A stretch of 64,000 nucleotides of DNA from Chara braunii (Eukaryota; Plantae; Charophyceae): assembly GCA_003427395.1 (NCBI GenBank), contig BFEA01000040.1, positions 837,221 through 901,220 of the forward strand, given 5' to 3'. The notes under the pieces were generated by a model, which saw only the letters and a program-made list of their open reading frames with translations, was not told the DNA's origin and ran no database searches. Made by a program: the position numbers and the translations under genes. Of the stretch, positions 9,506 to 23,709 are shown piece after piece; the first letter of the stretch is position 1; every line of letters starts with the position of its first letter.

Positions 9506-11975
9506 GAAACGCTCGAGCTTACAGCAACTGCATCCAACGGCAGCCAAGCTTCCAGAGGAACCAGAAGGATGCCATTTCCGCTGAGGAAAGGGCACCTGAA
9601 GAGGAAATGTAGCCGCTGGCCCGCTGGACCAAAACGTTCTGTATGAGCTGCACGAGCACTGTCCAGTGGGGAGGGAAGTTGGCTCTTGTTTCTTTCCAGC
9701 TCTCCCCCTAACGCCCACCAATTGCCCAGAACCAATCAGGTTTGAGGCAGACAAAGTGAAAACAGAGGCCTTTCTTTTTTGGAGGCTACTTTCCAGGCAG
9801 ACAGCCCTTTTTTTTTTTTTTTTTCTTTTGAAAAGACAGGCTCCTTCTATTGGTGGGGAGCAGCACCTGCTGGAAACCGGGTCCAGTGTCCCTTGAATAC
9901 ATCATGACATTTATTTGTACGGACTGGGAACCGGGCCCAGTGTCCCTTTGAATGAAAAAAGAAATTCCTGAGAGAAGTCTAAAGCCGATCAGCTCATGAG
10001 ACTAATTAGGCATCTATTGAAGTAAAGATTGCAGAACAATTTATTTTTGGAACCGAAACTTGTTGTAGGTTTTCAACTTGAAGACAATTAGGGATCTCAT
10101 CAGCCTGCAAATACCAAGACTCCCCACCTGTCACCCGAACAGACTGTCCCCTTGCCGACTACCTGCCTCCGCCGAAGGTCGACCCCCAATCAACTCCAGC
10201 CCCAGAGTAGCGCAACCCTCAATTACTGCCCTTACCCCCTCAGATGCAGCACTTCCCTCCAATATGCTGCTGCCGCAGGATAAGGCTCTCTCCTCTCCCA
10301 ATGATACCAGTAGTTCCAAACCAACCATCCACTCAAGAGCCTGTTCTTCATGACCTTTGGAGTCACCCTCTACCCCTCCCACGAAATCCCAATACCTCTG
10401 CCTCCATCTGCCCCCGCCGGGCCGGATCTTTGCCCCAAAAGATCAGTCCCAGCCCCAGGCAGACAGCCCTTCTCCTGGGGTTCTGGTAAATCTTTCAACG
10501 GCCTTTCCTGAAGTCTGGTAAATCTTTCCCCATGCCTTTCCTGAAGTTGCGGCCCTCCTGTGGAGTCTCTCCCTAAGGTTGAAGTTTCCTAGCTGTTTCT
10601 TCAAGTGTTGTTTTTTGCGGGTAAGTACGTTCATGTCACCTTTGAGTATAGAATGTGCAAAAAAAACACGCGTACGCAAAGAAAACCGCGCCGTGTTCGA
10701 AAAGGCAACGAAAGTACTGACGGCCGTGGTGTCAGACCGGGTGCCATATTTACAGGGGTCGGCCGTGGTGACAGAGGGGAAAACAAAAAAAAAGAAATTA
10801 TTCCTTTTTGCTGGAACTTGTTGGTCTCTCCTCCTCACGGATCCCCACCCACTCCCCTTTCCAGTCATATTTGAGAAAACTGTGTCATGGGTACTTGGGA
10901 CTGAAGCGCTTTTTCTAGAAGGACGTGATCCTTGCACCCAGATGGCCTCCAATAAGGGGCTCGTTAGAGACTCCTCAGGCCATCCTTGGGCTCCTACGAT
11001 GAATCCTTGGGGAAATTTGTGATTTACGGATGCTTCGTTGCACCTGTCCTCAGGGAATCTCTTTGAGAATGGATAGCCGGGGCCCTCCCGCGGCCCGTTT
11101 AATACGATTACATGCGGCTGTGCGGGGTTTGTCTGCCTTCCGACTTCGATTGTCCGCCCAGGAGGTGTGCTGGTCCAGAAGGCAAACGGCGCGAAGACGA
11201 AAGATGGTTAATGGAAGACCCAAAATTCGGGGTTTTTCGCCGCATCGCTACAAGCAATGCCGTGGAAAATTTTGCGAACAAACTATGCAGGCCTATAATA
11301 CAAACATAAAAAAAAAACAACCAGGCAAAAAAAAAAGAAAAAAAAAAACTCAAGAGCACTATAAAACCCTATTCGGAGTAGCTTTCGGAGTTCGCCAAAA
11401 CTTTTCCCGAATTCCCTGTTTTTGCCAACTTTTTTGTTATTGGTCAAAATACGTTGAAACTGAATACAGATATACCCTAAAGCACGGACATATCAGACAA
11501 GAAACAAAAAGAAGAAAAAAACAAAAATTCAGGGAAAAATGGCAGTTTCGGTGAAAACTTTGCCGAAAATGACACCACCTACAAGTGGCGAAGACACAGG
11601 AACGACGCCGTCTGGAATTTGAAATTCGAAATGCTGGTGCGTGGACGACGGTGAGGCGGGGGACAGGCGGGTCATCGAAGGCGCAGTGCGCTGAGCGCAG
11701 TCTTGGCGATTGTCAGTTGGGTTCATCATCTCCTCGCGTGGCAAGCGAAGAGGGATATCGTCACCTGGGGTCGCTATGTGAAGGCGCACGGCAGGCTCAA
11801 TCGAACAGCAGCGGTTGTCTGCGGGATGCCAGTCGGTGAAGTTCGTCTTGCAGCATGGCTCTGGAAACGCGCAGTGCATGCGACTTTGATTAGAGTCGTG
11901 GAGGTGAAGGCGGCGAGTTGCTGGTGGACCTCCATTCTCGTGTTGGGGGAGCGCGATGGAGGGTTGTCGTGGACA

Positions 11976-13195
11976 TGGTCGCGCAGTGTTGATGTGTCCA
12001 CAGAGAAGACAGCTGTCGCAGCGACTGCGATGGCCGTGATCATCCGCAGCCAGGTGGAGAGAGCGGCAGGGCGCATAAAGGTCACAGTTTCGAGGCGGCA
12101 GCAGAGGCTATTGGTGCATAGGGTGGTCGACGCCCCGGACTGCGTTAGCACTTCGGAGGCCGTTGTTCAACTATGCGCAGTGATCGGGTGCGGTGCGCTC
12201 CATCGGGCGATGCCACGGTGGTGGATGAAGCAGAGAACGGGTGGGACTCGGGAAGATTTGTAGCCTTTTGTAGGTATGCGATGATGCTACAGACGAGTAC
12301 TTTCGAGAGAAGCTCCGCATGTCCCGTAGAGTTTTCTTGGAAATCATGGAAGAGTGTGCACCTCATCTGCAACGATAGGTGACGTTCTACAGGGAGCCAC
12401 GTCAACCAGAGCAGACCGTCTCGTACGCGTTGTACTCGTCGGCGTCAGGTGAAACTTATGACAACAGCACATCGTCTTTTGGCATCGGGAGAGCGTCCGG
12501 ACTCATCGCCGTTCGCAATGTTACAACCGATCTATTAAGGGTGTACGCAAACAAGATATTGTGGCCGACGGGGGTGCGGAAACACGTGGTGCTACGAGCG
12601 TTCGCTGAGAAAGGCTACCCCAAATGCCATGGAGCGGTGGACTGCACACACATCTAAGTGGATAAACCTGCCAACGCTCCTAGGGAGAACGACTTTAATC
12701 GCAAGCATCGGTTCGATGTCATTGCGCAGGTGGTGGTCGACCTCGATTTGTGTATGCTGGATGTGTTCATCGCTGAATCATCGGATATCCTGGGAGCTGC
12801 CACTACATTAGGGCCATCCAACTGTCAAGTATGTGGAGGCACGGAGAAGAATGATTGCTGTTTGCGAGCCGCCTGTTACGCTGTAGAGCGGGGTAAGGTC
12901 GAAAGGATACATCCTGGCCGACAATGGGCATCCTTCTTCTGAATGGGTAGTGGTGTCGTATGGAGGGATCAATCAGCACCCCGACCAGGAGTTGTTCGAC
13001 AATAAACAAAAGGCTGCCAGAGGGGTTGTGGAGAGGGCGTTCGGGAGGTTGAAGGGGATGTGGACGTTGTCCCTGCAGATGCACAAGACGGACCTGGACA
13101 CTCTACTGCAATAGTTCACGGTCGTATGCATTCTACACAACATTCTTCTTGACGCTGGCATCGAGTTCGATGAGAATCAAGTGTGGGAAATTGAA
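11976..13195 (+). pseudogene. PIF/Harbinger (HARBI1/ALP1-like, DDE_Tnp_4) transposase, disrupted
   Basis: Motifs across frames: RWWMKQRTGG, FREKLRMSRRVF, GYPKCHGAVDCTHI (D1), YILADNG (D2), VVERAFGRLKGMW (E), CILHNILL; multiple stops and frameshifts. Confidence 0.92.
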
Positions 13196-13889
13196 GAGAC
13201 GTTAGCGCCCCCCGCTATCGACGATTGCTGGAAGAACGAAGGCCTGGATGCGCAAGGGGGCTGCGATATGATGCCGGCGACTTCGAGCGATGGCGGACGC
13301 GTCGCAAAGGCAGTGCACGGAAGAAATGACACCAGCGAATGGGTGTGACAGCCAGCCCCATTCGTTTGGTGCCCGACAGGAGAACGGTGAGTGCAGTGAG
13401 TTGGGCTTGAGGGGCCCTTCAGCTGCCCGCCGCAGGGTCAGTAACGGCGGACCGCCGCGTCGGGGGCTATGACATCAAGCAGTCCCTTTTTTGACAGACC
13501 GTCCTCACGAAATCGCCTGATCCGAAACCGTCGCTGGAGGGCGGGCCATGATTTCGAGAGGACTGGCCTTTTTTCACCGTGCTATCGACGGTTCCAACGC
13601 ATCATCTGGCGCAAATTTCCCCGCACACTTTTGATTATCGAGGCCCGCGCGGATTTTACCGTGATATCGACGGTTCCAATGCGTCATCCGACGTGACTTT
13701 TCCCGCCCACTTTCGTTTCTTGGGCCCCGCGCAGATGTATCCGCCATTCGAATGACAGTGGCGCCATTCCACGAATTTGCAGGTGGGCATTGCAATCGTC
13801 CGAAGCAGCAGGCAATCGCAGGTGTCGCCAACCCTCACGGCCGAAAATGCCCGTCGCGCGCCCGGACCACCCGCCCTTGCCAGCGACAG

Positions 13890-14624
13890 AAGAGAAACTA
13901 ACGACGGGGAATAAGATGGTAGTTGAACACGGCGGCACACACGTCCACGTGTCAAGTCCTGATCATGCGTGGCCATGCTGATGGGTGCGGGGCTTATTCG
14001 ACAACATTCTGTTGCCGCATAGAGCCCCGCATCCATCAGCGTGCCCACGCTTGTTCAGGACCTGACACGTGGACGTGTGAGTGTGCCATCTGATCGGGGC
14101 GAGTGGTCGCCAATGGAACTAGATTCGCGAAAGCAGGCCAACGCAAAAGACGAACGACATAGAGGCACTGATAGAAAACTAACCACGGGGACGATGATGG
14201 TAGTGGAACACGACGCTGTTGGTTATGTCTCGTTCGTTTGTCTGCGCTTGTCAGTTACGTTCGCAAACTTAGTGCGGACGACACAGACAAGCGCAGTAAA
14301 ACGAACGAGATAAAAGACAGAAAGAGAGATAAATAGATAGCGAGAGAGAGAGAGAGCGACAGAGAGGCGATCTCCGCCTTCATCACACGGCCCAATCAAA
14401 CGTCACGACCAAATGGCCCCGAACGTCACCCCGATCACACATCGGACTCACGGAGAGAGATCCCTGTTAGATCACACGACACTGCTCGTTCACGGCGACT
14501 GAACCCAATGTAATCGCCACCGCGCGAATCCCGACTACAGATCGCATACATGTGTGGGCATTCTGACGGTCTACGCAAACCCAGCATGGCAGGACTTTTC
14601 AGGTCGGTGGAGATGGCGAGAGAA

Positions 14625-14674
<50 letters not shown>

Positions 14675-14684
14675 ATATAGAGAC

Positions 14685-14718
<34 letters not shown>

Positions 14719-15900
14719 CGCTATATATATAGTGAGAGAGAGAGAAAGAGAGAGACAAAGCCAAATAGAGAGAGAGAGAGGGGGGGAGAGACAGAGAGAG
14801 ATGAGAAAGGGAGATAGAATGAGAGAGAGAACGCACCTTTTCCTTCCTTGATTTACAACTATTGTTGGAAACAATGGCCCCGGCGACTTGGTTGATGATC
14901 TCAAACCGCAATATGACGACGCGTGTCGCGACGCGCGAAAAGGGAGGTGCCGACGCGTGAGAGGGCAACACCGCGAATGGAGACGTGGGAGATTGCAACG
15001 CGAAGGAGATGGCGAGGCGAGGGATATGGCGACGAGGGAGAGAGAGAGAAGCGAGGTAGACGGCGGGGGAAACGTTCGTCTTATGCGTTGGCCTGTTTCT
15101 TTCCCGAACTTACCTCGGGGTGCGTTTGCGGATCTGGTTCCATTGGCGACCACTCGCCCCGATCAGATGGCACACTCACACGTCCACGTGTTAGGTCCTG
15201 AACAAGCGTGGGCACGCTGATGGATGCGGGGCTCTATGCGGCAACAGAATGTTGTCGAATAGAGCCCCGCACCCATCAGCGTGGCCACGCATGATCAGGA
15301 CTTGACACGTGGACGTGTGTGCCGTCATGTTTAACTACCATCTTCGTCCCCGTCGTTAGTTTCTCTTCAGTGCCTCTATTTCGTTCGTCTTATGCGTTGG
15401 CCTGTTTCTTTCCCGAACTTACCTCGGGGTGCGTTTGCGGATCTCGTTCCATTGGCGACCACTCGCCCCGATCAGATGGCACACTCAAACGTCCATGTGT
15501 CAGTTCCTGAACAAGCGTGTGCACGCTGATGGATGCGAGGCTCTATGCGGCAGCAGAATGTTGTCCAATAGAGCCCCGCACCCATCAGCGTGGCCACGCA
15601 TGTTCAGGACTTGACATGTGGATGTGTGAGTGTGTCATCTGATCGGGGCGAGACAAAGGAGTTTCAGGAGCAAGAATGCATGCGTTTCATTGGCGATCAC
15701 TCGCCCCGATCAGATGGCACACTCAGACGTCCATGTGTCACGTCCTGAACAAGCGTGGCCACGCTGATGCATGCGGGGCTCTATGCGACAACAGAATATT
15801 GTCAAATAGAGCCCCGCATCCATCAGCGTGGCCACGCATGTTCAGGAGCTGACACGTGGACGTGTGAGTGTGCCATCTGATCGGGGCGAGTGGTCACCAA
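13890..15900. repeat. Array of four ~140-210-bp near-perfect palindromes, partly in inverted orientation around a (GA)n tract
   Basis: Hairpins at ~13938-14079, 15177-15318, 15456-15650, 15690-15900 share arms ...TCCTGAACAAGCGTGGCCACGCTGATGGATGCGGGGCTCTAT. Confidence 0.85.
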
Positions 15901-17061
15901 CGAAACGGAACCCGCGAATGTAGCCCGAGAATGTTGTGACACGCCCTTCGAGATTGTGTCATCACTTCAGATGTTTTCTTGAAGTGTTACTCGCTTGTCG
16001 TCAATTTGTTGTCTCTCTCATGAACTGCGATATAAGGATTTTAGTCGTATGTTGTCGAACACGAAAACATGGATTCTCACGAATCGTCTCTCTTCTGGAT
16101 TGCACATGGACTTTCTTCTCGCCGAATTATTTTTTATTGCGCTCGGTTTGTTTATTCGTTTTTCCCCGTAAGTCGCGTCCTGCAGTTCACTCGGCGTTCG
16201 GTTTTGTATCCGTAAATTATCCTCTACATTCGTCAAATTTTTCACATTTTTCGTCACTCTTCCTCTCGCCGACACGAACAATTTTTTCTTATATTCTTCT
16301 GTGCGGTTTTTTAAATGGGTCACATTGCGAATTCCGAAAAAGACAACACCATCCGCAGGATCTGCACATGGAGAGAAAGAGAGATAAAGACAGGCTCTCT
16401 CGCTGCGCCTCCTCTCCTTGTCGACGTCTCTATCGATCTTAGTCTCCCTTCCGTGTCTATGCGGGTTTTCTGCCCTTCTCCAATCTTTGTGTATCGCAGA
16501 CAGTCGCTCAACCGATCGGAGCTTGCTCCGCATTTAGGATTGTTTTTCTTTGGCCGTTCCTTTTGGGTTCCCGCTCTTTCAGCGGATAGCGTGTTTTGAT
16601 GTATCTCTGGATCCATTTACAGGTCCGAGGATCGTGGAGCGGTATCCCTCCGGCCCGGCAGTGAGGCCGGACCAGTTTCAGGCCGTCGGCCTGACCCTGG
16701 TCCGGTACTAGGTTATTCCGCTACTGGACCCAGGCCGGTATATCACTTCGGCCTAGGTCCAGGGCGGCAGGTTCATTTCATTCTGTTGGTTCATTCGTTC
16801 ATTGCCGGACTGGACCTTCACTCAGCTGCTGCTTCCTGTGTGTGTCCATCTCTCTCTCTCTCTCTCTCTCTCACCATCTCCGCACGTGCCACTACACGTG
16901 CGTCACAAGGACACACAAGCTCACCGGCCTTGTTAAGTCTGGTGATGCTCGTCCCGGCGAGATCCGATCGAACGTGAAGAGACAAGCAGGGTGAGGACCC
17001 AGATGACGACAGGGTTAAGGAAGAAATCACGTTATTCAACCATTAATAGAGAGAAACACAG

Positions 17062-17124
<63 letters not shown>

Positions 17125-18162
17125 ACGAAGAAGTGGGCTAAGCCGCGAAGGGGGAAGCCAAGGTTATAAGTACATGAGTAGATGACTGTAGATCTGAAGA
17201 AAACCGGTGTTTTGTCGTGAACTTAGCTTCCAAAATAAGAGAAGAACGAAGAACAAGGCGCGCAAGCCATCTTCAGTCATCTCATGGCCCAGGCCATGCA
17301 ACCACTCGCACACCTCTTCCTTACTCAGACACTGGCGATCCTGGAAGCCACGTACCAACCTCTGTACCACAGTGATCGTCACCCCGCCAACTGAGTTTTT
17401 ACGCCAACTTGCCCAGATCCCGCAGTTCGTCGCGGCCATCGACGCACAGCCGCGGAACTGCAGTCATCTCGTCAGGAATTTCTGACAGCCGATCAAACCA
17501 CTACTTCCCTGAAGCTGGCAGATGGGTTGAGATAGATCTTTCCAGATACATTTGCGGATTTTGTAGTTGCAGAGGGGGGAATGGAAGACAGGAGAGAGGG
17601 AACGAGAAGGGGCCAAAGAGAGGGGGAAGGGGAGAGGGCTTAATCACTTTGGGAAAGCCATATCAATCCACGCGAGTCACTTCGCACCCAATCAGATTGG
17701 TTGGCCTTGCAGGCCCATATGGTTGGCCACTCAATCGGAGCTTGCGAGGATTCTGCATGTCGCAATTTCCTTGGGCTCTCCTGCTCTCTCCCCTTCGCAT
17801 CTCGATGATCGTGTCAGCAACAACGAGCTACTTCTTTCCTCCGTGCTAGACGTCAAGCAGTTCAACTACAAGCATGTCCATCTTCAAAAGATATATTTCG
17901 GGAACGATTGCCCCCCCCGGGAGCTGGTAATGCGCATCCTGGGATTTCTCCCACCATCGTGGCGGTTTCTCCGTAGACCCACTGAAGAAATGTGATGGAC
18001 GGGAGGGCAGGCAGGGAAGGGAGGAGCAGGAGGAGGAGGAGGAGGAGGAGGAGGAGGAGGAGGGGGGTGGGCGGGAGCTGGGATTTTGTGCTTTGTGTCC
18101 ACCACAGGTCAAGAGATCCTGAAGGATAACTTCGCAAGAAACAGCAAGAACCAACGCGTAGG

Positions 18163-18337
18163 GGGAGTCACAAAAACGAGTTATAATTGTACTATGGGGG
18201 CCAAGATACAGTTTGCAATTGCAGTTCCGGCCATGTATACAACCCAGCTTTCTGGCCAGGTCGGGTGCCCGAACTGCAATTGCGAACTGTATATTGGCCC
18301 AGAGTGCGATTACAACTCGTTCATTTTTGTGACTCCC
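18163..18337. mobile_element. Fold-back MITE with a 7-8-bp target duplication
   Basis: TIRs GGGAGTCACAAAAA / TTTTTGTGACTCCC, flanked by (C)GCGTAGG on both sides. Confidence 0.75.
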
Positions 18338-18837
18338 GCGTAGGTACCTCAAAAAAGAAAGAAGAAAAAGGGAAAAAAGGATGGACGACGGAGAGAAGAC
18401 GGTTCATTTATTAGAGAGGAAGGACGAGACCGGAAGGAGTAAGCAGAGTCAAAGACTGCGAAGCATGCAAGGTGAAAGACGGACGGTTGGAGATTTTTAT
18501 TTTTTCTTTAAGGAAAAGACCGACGGTTGGAGATTGGGAGGGAGACTCTCGCTCAGAGATGCATCGGTCACCCATGTGTCGACAAAACAACCAGTCGATC
18601 AGTCCCCTCGATTGATTGATTGATTGAAAATGATTGGAACCGATTACTTTGGGGTCGGAATCCGCTGTTTACTTTGTATTTATGACCTTCACATTATGTT
18701 GATTGATTAATTGATTGATTGATTCCCTCGATTGATTGATTTAATATGATTGGAACGGATTACTTCGGTGTTGGAATCGGCTGTTTTGCACTTTCTGTTT
18801 ACTTGGTATGTATGACCTTCACATTACGTTGACTGAA

Positions 18838-18874
<37 letters not shown>

Positions 18875-19059
18875 CAGATGCAACGTGGCTATTGACGACT
18901 TGATCTGAGCAGTCTCGGCTCCTGTGCCAATCATAGATGATCTGTCACAGACTGTCAGTCAATACTAGATGGGATCTCGGCCAGTGGTCGTTCGTTCCGC
19001 GCTACCTTGTACCCTGTGCTTCTTGCTCTCTTAGTGTGCCGTGGGGCACTCCCCTTGTG

Positions 19060-19094
<35 letters not shown>

Positions 19095-19359
19095 TGCGTG
19101 TGTGTACCTTGTGCTTCTGCATTTACCGAGGACTGCGACGTATCCCTGCCCACGGGCCATGCTAATCGTCTCTCGCGGTATCGTTCCTTCTTCTTTTTTC
19201 TTTTTTTTCCTCCTTTTTTTTAAGTCTCGGTATCGTTCCAATCTCAACAGATGTCCCGCAGGGCAGTACCTTGTGCCTTCTCGCTCTTATGATCCGTGAA
19301 CTGACCGGCCCCAGGCAATTCAGAATGATTGATTGTATTCCCTTTATCTGACTGAGGGT

Positions 19360-19427
19360 GCCTGGATTCCAACTCGGGGGGGTCTGTATTTCAACAGTTC
19401 AGAGGTGTACCAACTGAGCTAGACCTC
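19360..19427 (-). mobile_element. Short tRNA-derived SINE head (family B)
   Basis: Reverse complement GGTCTAGCTCAGTTGGTACACCTCTGAACTGTTGAAATACAGAC...GAGTTGGAATCC (A and B boxes); relatives at 32025-32107(-), 47413-47500(+), ~19780-19825(-). Confidence 0.65.
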
Positions 19428-19513
19428 TGGTCTTCTGGCTCCTCCCGTGTTCTGCTTCTGCACCTTCACACTTTTCCAAAGTTCAGGTTTTTTTCCTTTT
19501 AAGAAGAAGAAGG

Positions 19514-19550
<37 letters not shown>

Positions 19551-19551
19551 N

Positions 19552-19607
<56 letters not shown>

Positions 19608-20171
19608 GACGGCCTTGCGGTATAGTCATTGTACTGACCGGCCCCAGGCAATTCAAGGACAGAAAGATAGAAAGAAAGAAAGAGATAAAGAAAGAAAGAA
19701 AGAAAAAAAGACAGACAGAAAGACAGACAGACAGAAAGAAAGAAAGAAAGATAATATTCTGTTAAACTGGTTGCATTTTGGATTCGAACTTGGGTCTGTA
19801 TGTCGAACATGTTCAGGTGTAGGTACACTTCCAGACAACCGCTGAACTTCGGACGATGCAGGGAGCAGTAATTAGCAGGGGGGGGGCACTGCGCAGAGGA
19901 TGACACGCATAAATCGACAAATGGACCAAAAACGAAAATGGGAAAAAAAAAAACAACCAGACACGCATAAATCGACAAATGGACCAAAAACGAAAATGGG
20001 AAAAAAAAAAACAACCAATGTTGCTAATTGCTCCAAGCCTCGCCTGTGTCCGCTTTCGTACGATGCGATACACAACCTGCGAGCTCCGCACTCTGAAATC
20101 CTCGTCTCGTCTCCCCATGGGCCATGTCCATTCTACCCAGATTGATTGATTGATTGATCACACCAGCCAGC

Positions 20172-20202
<31 letters not shown>

Positions 20203-20370
20203 GATTTGATTGATTGTTCCTGCCTGACCGTGGATTGATTGATTGATCGACTGATTGTTCACGCCTGATAGCTGATTGATTGATTGACTTGTTGATTGAT
20301 TGATTGCTTGGTTAATTGGTTGATTGATTGATTGATTGATTGATTGATCGATCCACTTACCCTCGACCTG

Positions 20371-20580
20371 GGGCCTTGAACACCCCTTCGAGAGTCATCA
20401 GAAAGGAGTCCGTCGTCCCTTTAGTTGCTCTCTACTTGTACGCTCAAGAGCTGTCAGATGCCGCCTTCGAACCCAAAGCTCGAAAGGCGGCATCTAACAG
20501 CTCTTGAGAGTACAAGTAGAGAGCAACTAAAGCGACGGCAGACTCCTTTCGGATGACTCTCGAAGGGGTGTTCAAGGCCC
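20371..20580. mobile_element. 210-bp near-perfect fold-back MITE
   Basis: GGGCCTTGAACACCCCTTCGAGAGTCATC ... GATGACTCTCGAAGGGGTGTTCAAGGCCC; ~100-bp arms. Confidence 0.85.
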
Positions 20581-21128
20581 CAGCCTGCAACACCAGTTTT
20601 TTTCTCCCACCTTCTCCTAAACCGGGTTGTCGCTCCCAATCCTTCATTTTTTAACCTCCCACATCTCTTTGTCTGTTGTGTCGTCGGCTATCGTGATGTG
20701 CCCGCTGTCGGATAACACTTGCATTCTGTCTTTTTTTTTCTTTTTCCCCATATAAAACTACGCTATATTCTTCTCTCAAATCGCCTGCGATCGTTTTTTT
20801 TTTTGGGAAAAACCCACACACTCGTGTGCCCCATCTATTCTGGCCGTTTCTGGGGGGCTGCAGTCCCGCTGCTTGTCACCGGCAAGCAATGTTCAACAAA
20901 TGAAATTCGACAACACTCGGCCCTCCCATAACGGGGTCCCTTCCCCTCTCTCTCCCCCCCCCCCCCCNNNNNNNNNNNNNNNNNNNNNNNNNNNNNNNNN
21001 NNNNNNNNNNNNNNNNNNNNNNNNNNNNNNNNNNNNNNNNNNNNNNNNNNNNNNNNNNNNNNNNNNNNNNNNNNNNNNNNNNNNNNNNNNNNNNNNNCTT
21101 CTGATTAGCTTTGTCCAGTTTGTCCTGT

Positions 21129-21318
21129 CATCCTATTTTATCCCCTTCCTGCTTATCTCCTTTTTTATCCATCCTATTTTATCCCCTTCCTGCTTATCTC
21201 CTTTTTGAGTCATCCTATTTTATCCCCTTCCTGCTTATCTCCTTTTTGAGCCATCCTATTTTATCCCCTTCCTGCTTATCTCCTTTTTGAGCCATCCTAT
21301 TTTATCCCCTTCCTGCTT
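21129..21318. repeat. ~40-bp tandem minisatellite
   Basis: CATCCTATTTTATCCCCTTCCTGCTTATCTCCTTTTTGAG x4-5. Confidence 0.9.
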
Positions 21319-23678
21319 GATCTCCTGCTCAGGCTCTTCGTCTATGTTTGACCGTCTGCCATCTGTACTGTCATGTATGTGTACTTCGAACGTCATTCTT
21401 GAGACTGAGCGTCACCTATCTTTACCGTCCCAGTCGCTTTCTGTTTGCTACTCTCCACGTCGTCCGTCTCCTTCGTCCTTCAGTGAGACACAAGAGAGTC
21501 CATCGGATCCTTCTTCCTCCCATTTTATTAAAATTTTGTTCTCTCTCTTCCAATTTCAGTTCCCTTCCCCATCTCACTATTCTGTTTCCCTCTCTCCTGT
21601 TCATCTTAACTCCCTCGTTCACTCTCCCTCTACTGCTCCCAGCCTCTCACTCTCCCTCCTTCTCTCCCCCTCCCTCACTCTCCCTCCCTCTGCTGCTCTC
21701 AGCCTCTTACTCTCCCTCCTCCCCTCTCAGTTCCTTTTTATAGACGGGTCATCTTCCTCCATCTCAGATGCACTTTCCGGCTTGCACCCCCGAGTAGAAC
21801 GTACGGTCACTTTTGCTGTATCTAGACTGAAAGCTCGCCCCAATACAGGCATAAACGACCCTACGTTCTATTCGGCGGAAGACGGGTAGTGGCGACTGTG
21901 GCGGCTTTCAACATGGTTTCCCCCGGCTTGAGGAATCGTGTAATTGAGGACGTACTATAGAGCTACAGTCTTCACCCGAATACAACGCCCGGTCATTATC
22001 GCCGCATCTGGACTGAAAGTCGGGCCAAATGCAGCTATAATGACCGGGCGTTCTATTCGGGTGAAGACGGTAGCAACTTGGATTGCCGCGATGTTGCTGC
22101 TGTACCCTTCTTCCTCCTCCTCCTCAGGTCCTGCCTCTCTCCGGCCCACAGGCACCGACAAACACACAAGCACATACTCTCTCGCTCTCTCGCGCAATTG
22201 CACAGATCAGCAGGCATACCCCTGTCAGACGCACGCACGCAAAGTTGCAAACATAAACACGCCCAATGCGGCCCCATCGTCTCAGAAAATGCAGCGCCTT
22301 GCTCCACTAAACAAGATTCGATGTTCCTAAGGAAAGGACCGAAAAATGCATCAGAGACGCATAACGACTGACAAAACATGTTGAATGTATCGTTGGTAGC
22401 ACAGCTGTCCAGAAACACAACATATCTGCACATCATGCAGCAGTGAAAGTCACTCACACGGACAAGGTCTTCTTACCCAGACGCATATAATTTCCACCTT
22501 TCCACCCAGAAAAAAAAAAAGAAAAAAAAAAGAAAAAGAAGTAGGCTATTCCTCGATTTATGCTTGTCGTCCTTGAGCAGGGCCGTCACTCGTTCTTTTT
22601 TCTTTCATTTTCATTTTTTTTCCCGTTCTCTTTTTTAAATACTCACTGTACCGTTTCATTTCCAATGCTTGTCCCGAAGTGTCCCGAAGTGTCCCGAAGG
22701 GACAACCGTACAATAACACAAATACCACACCATTACTTTCCTTTCATTTTTTTTTTCACGCACGACTCTGTCTATCCTTTTTTTCTTTTTTTTTTCTTTT
22801 TTCTTTAATTATTATTAGAAGGGCCCAGTGCCCAAGGCAAACGACATTAACACAGTAACCAATAACAAGGACAGCCGGGTTGTCCCGCCCCACCGGGAGC
22901 GTGGTCCCACTAGCCAGGAGGATGGGAGTGAATGCCTGAATCTAGACGTTGTTTGTGCACATTTTTGAAGTGCTCAAAATCACTCCATAGATAAGTAATA
23001 AGATAGTGGCATTTATAAGAAAGATTTCTGGAAAGATGGTGCAGGAAATGGAGATTGAACTGCTTTTCTGCATCTCTGCGTACAACACGTCCAGATTCTG
23101 GCATTCAATCCTAGCCACTTTCCTAGTGGGACCTTGGCCCGTGTTGCATATCGTGAAACACAGTCATAAGTATGGCGCAGATTCCCAGAACCGACCAGAT
23201 AATACAGAGTTAATACAAATGCAAGCGGAAGACTTGAGATACCTTGGACTGGAGTCGAACACTCTCAATCATACATCGGGGGTGTGAAAGCCCTGGCTGT
23301 AGACATAGATGAAGGCCAGGGTCTGAGATCATCCACGGACGAATGGAGGGAGGAGAGAGATGAAGGGAGGAGAGAGATGAAGGGAGGAGGAGAGGGAAGA
23401 TGACGTCAACTCAATGTTTCCAAAGATAGTATCTTGAAATGTCAGAAGTGATGAAAATCCGAAATGTCGCGAATACCATGTCTCACAATGTCTCAGATAT
23501 CGATCTCACAATGTCAAGTACATCTCCAGAAGGAAGATGAAATCAGATCCCCAAGTAGTCCTCAGCCTGTAGTCCCAATGCCGCTGTTCCCAATGTTATC
23601 AGAATCCGTAACCTACCTTCATACTCCAGTAGTCCTGTAGGAGAACCCAGAAGTAGACTTAGACTGAGAAGGTAGGAG

Positions 23679-23709
<31 letters not shown>

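Noticed and set aside
17207-17995. GRAS-domain gene (LTQTLAILEA resembles TANQAILEA)
   Set aside because: No VHIID or other GRAS motifs; frames are broken.
22900-23330. Second LINE ORF2 3' remnant on the minus strand
   Set aside because: Only a weak IIWSV...VF echo with frameshifts; insufficient evidence.
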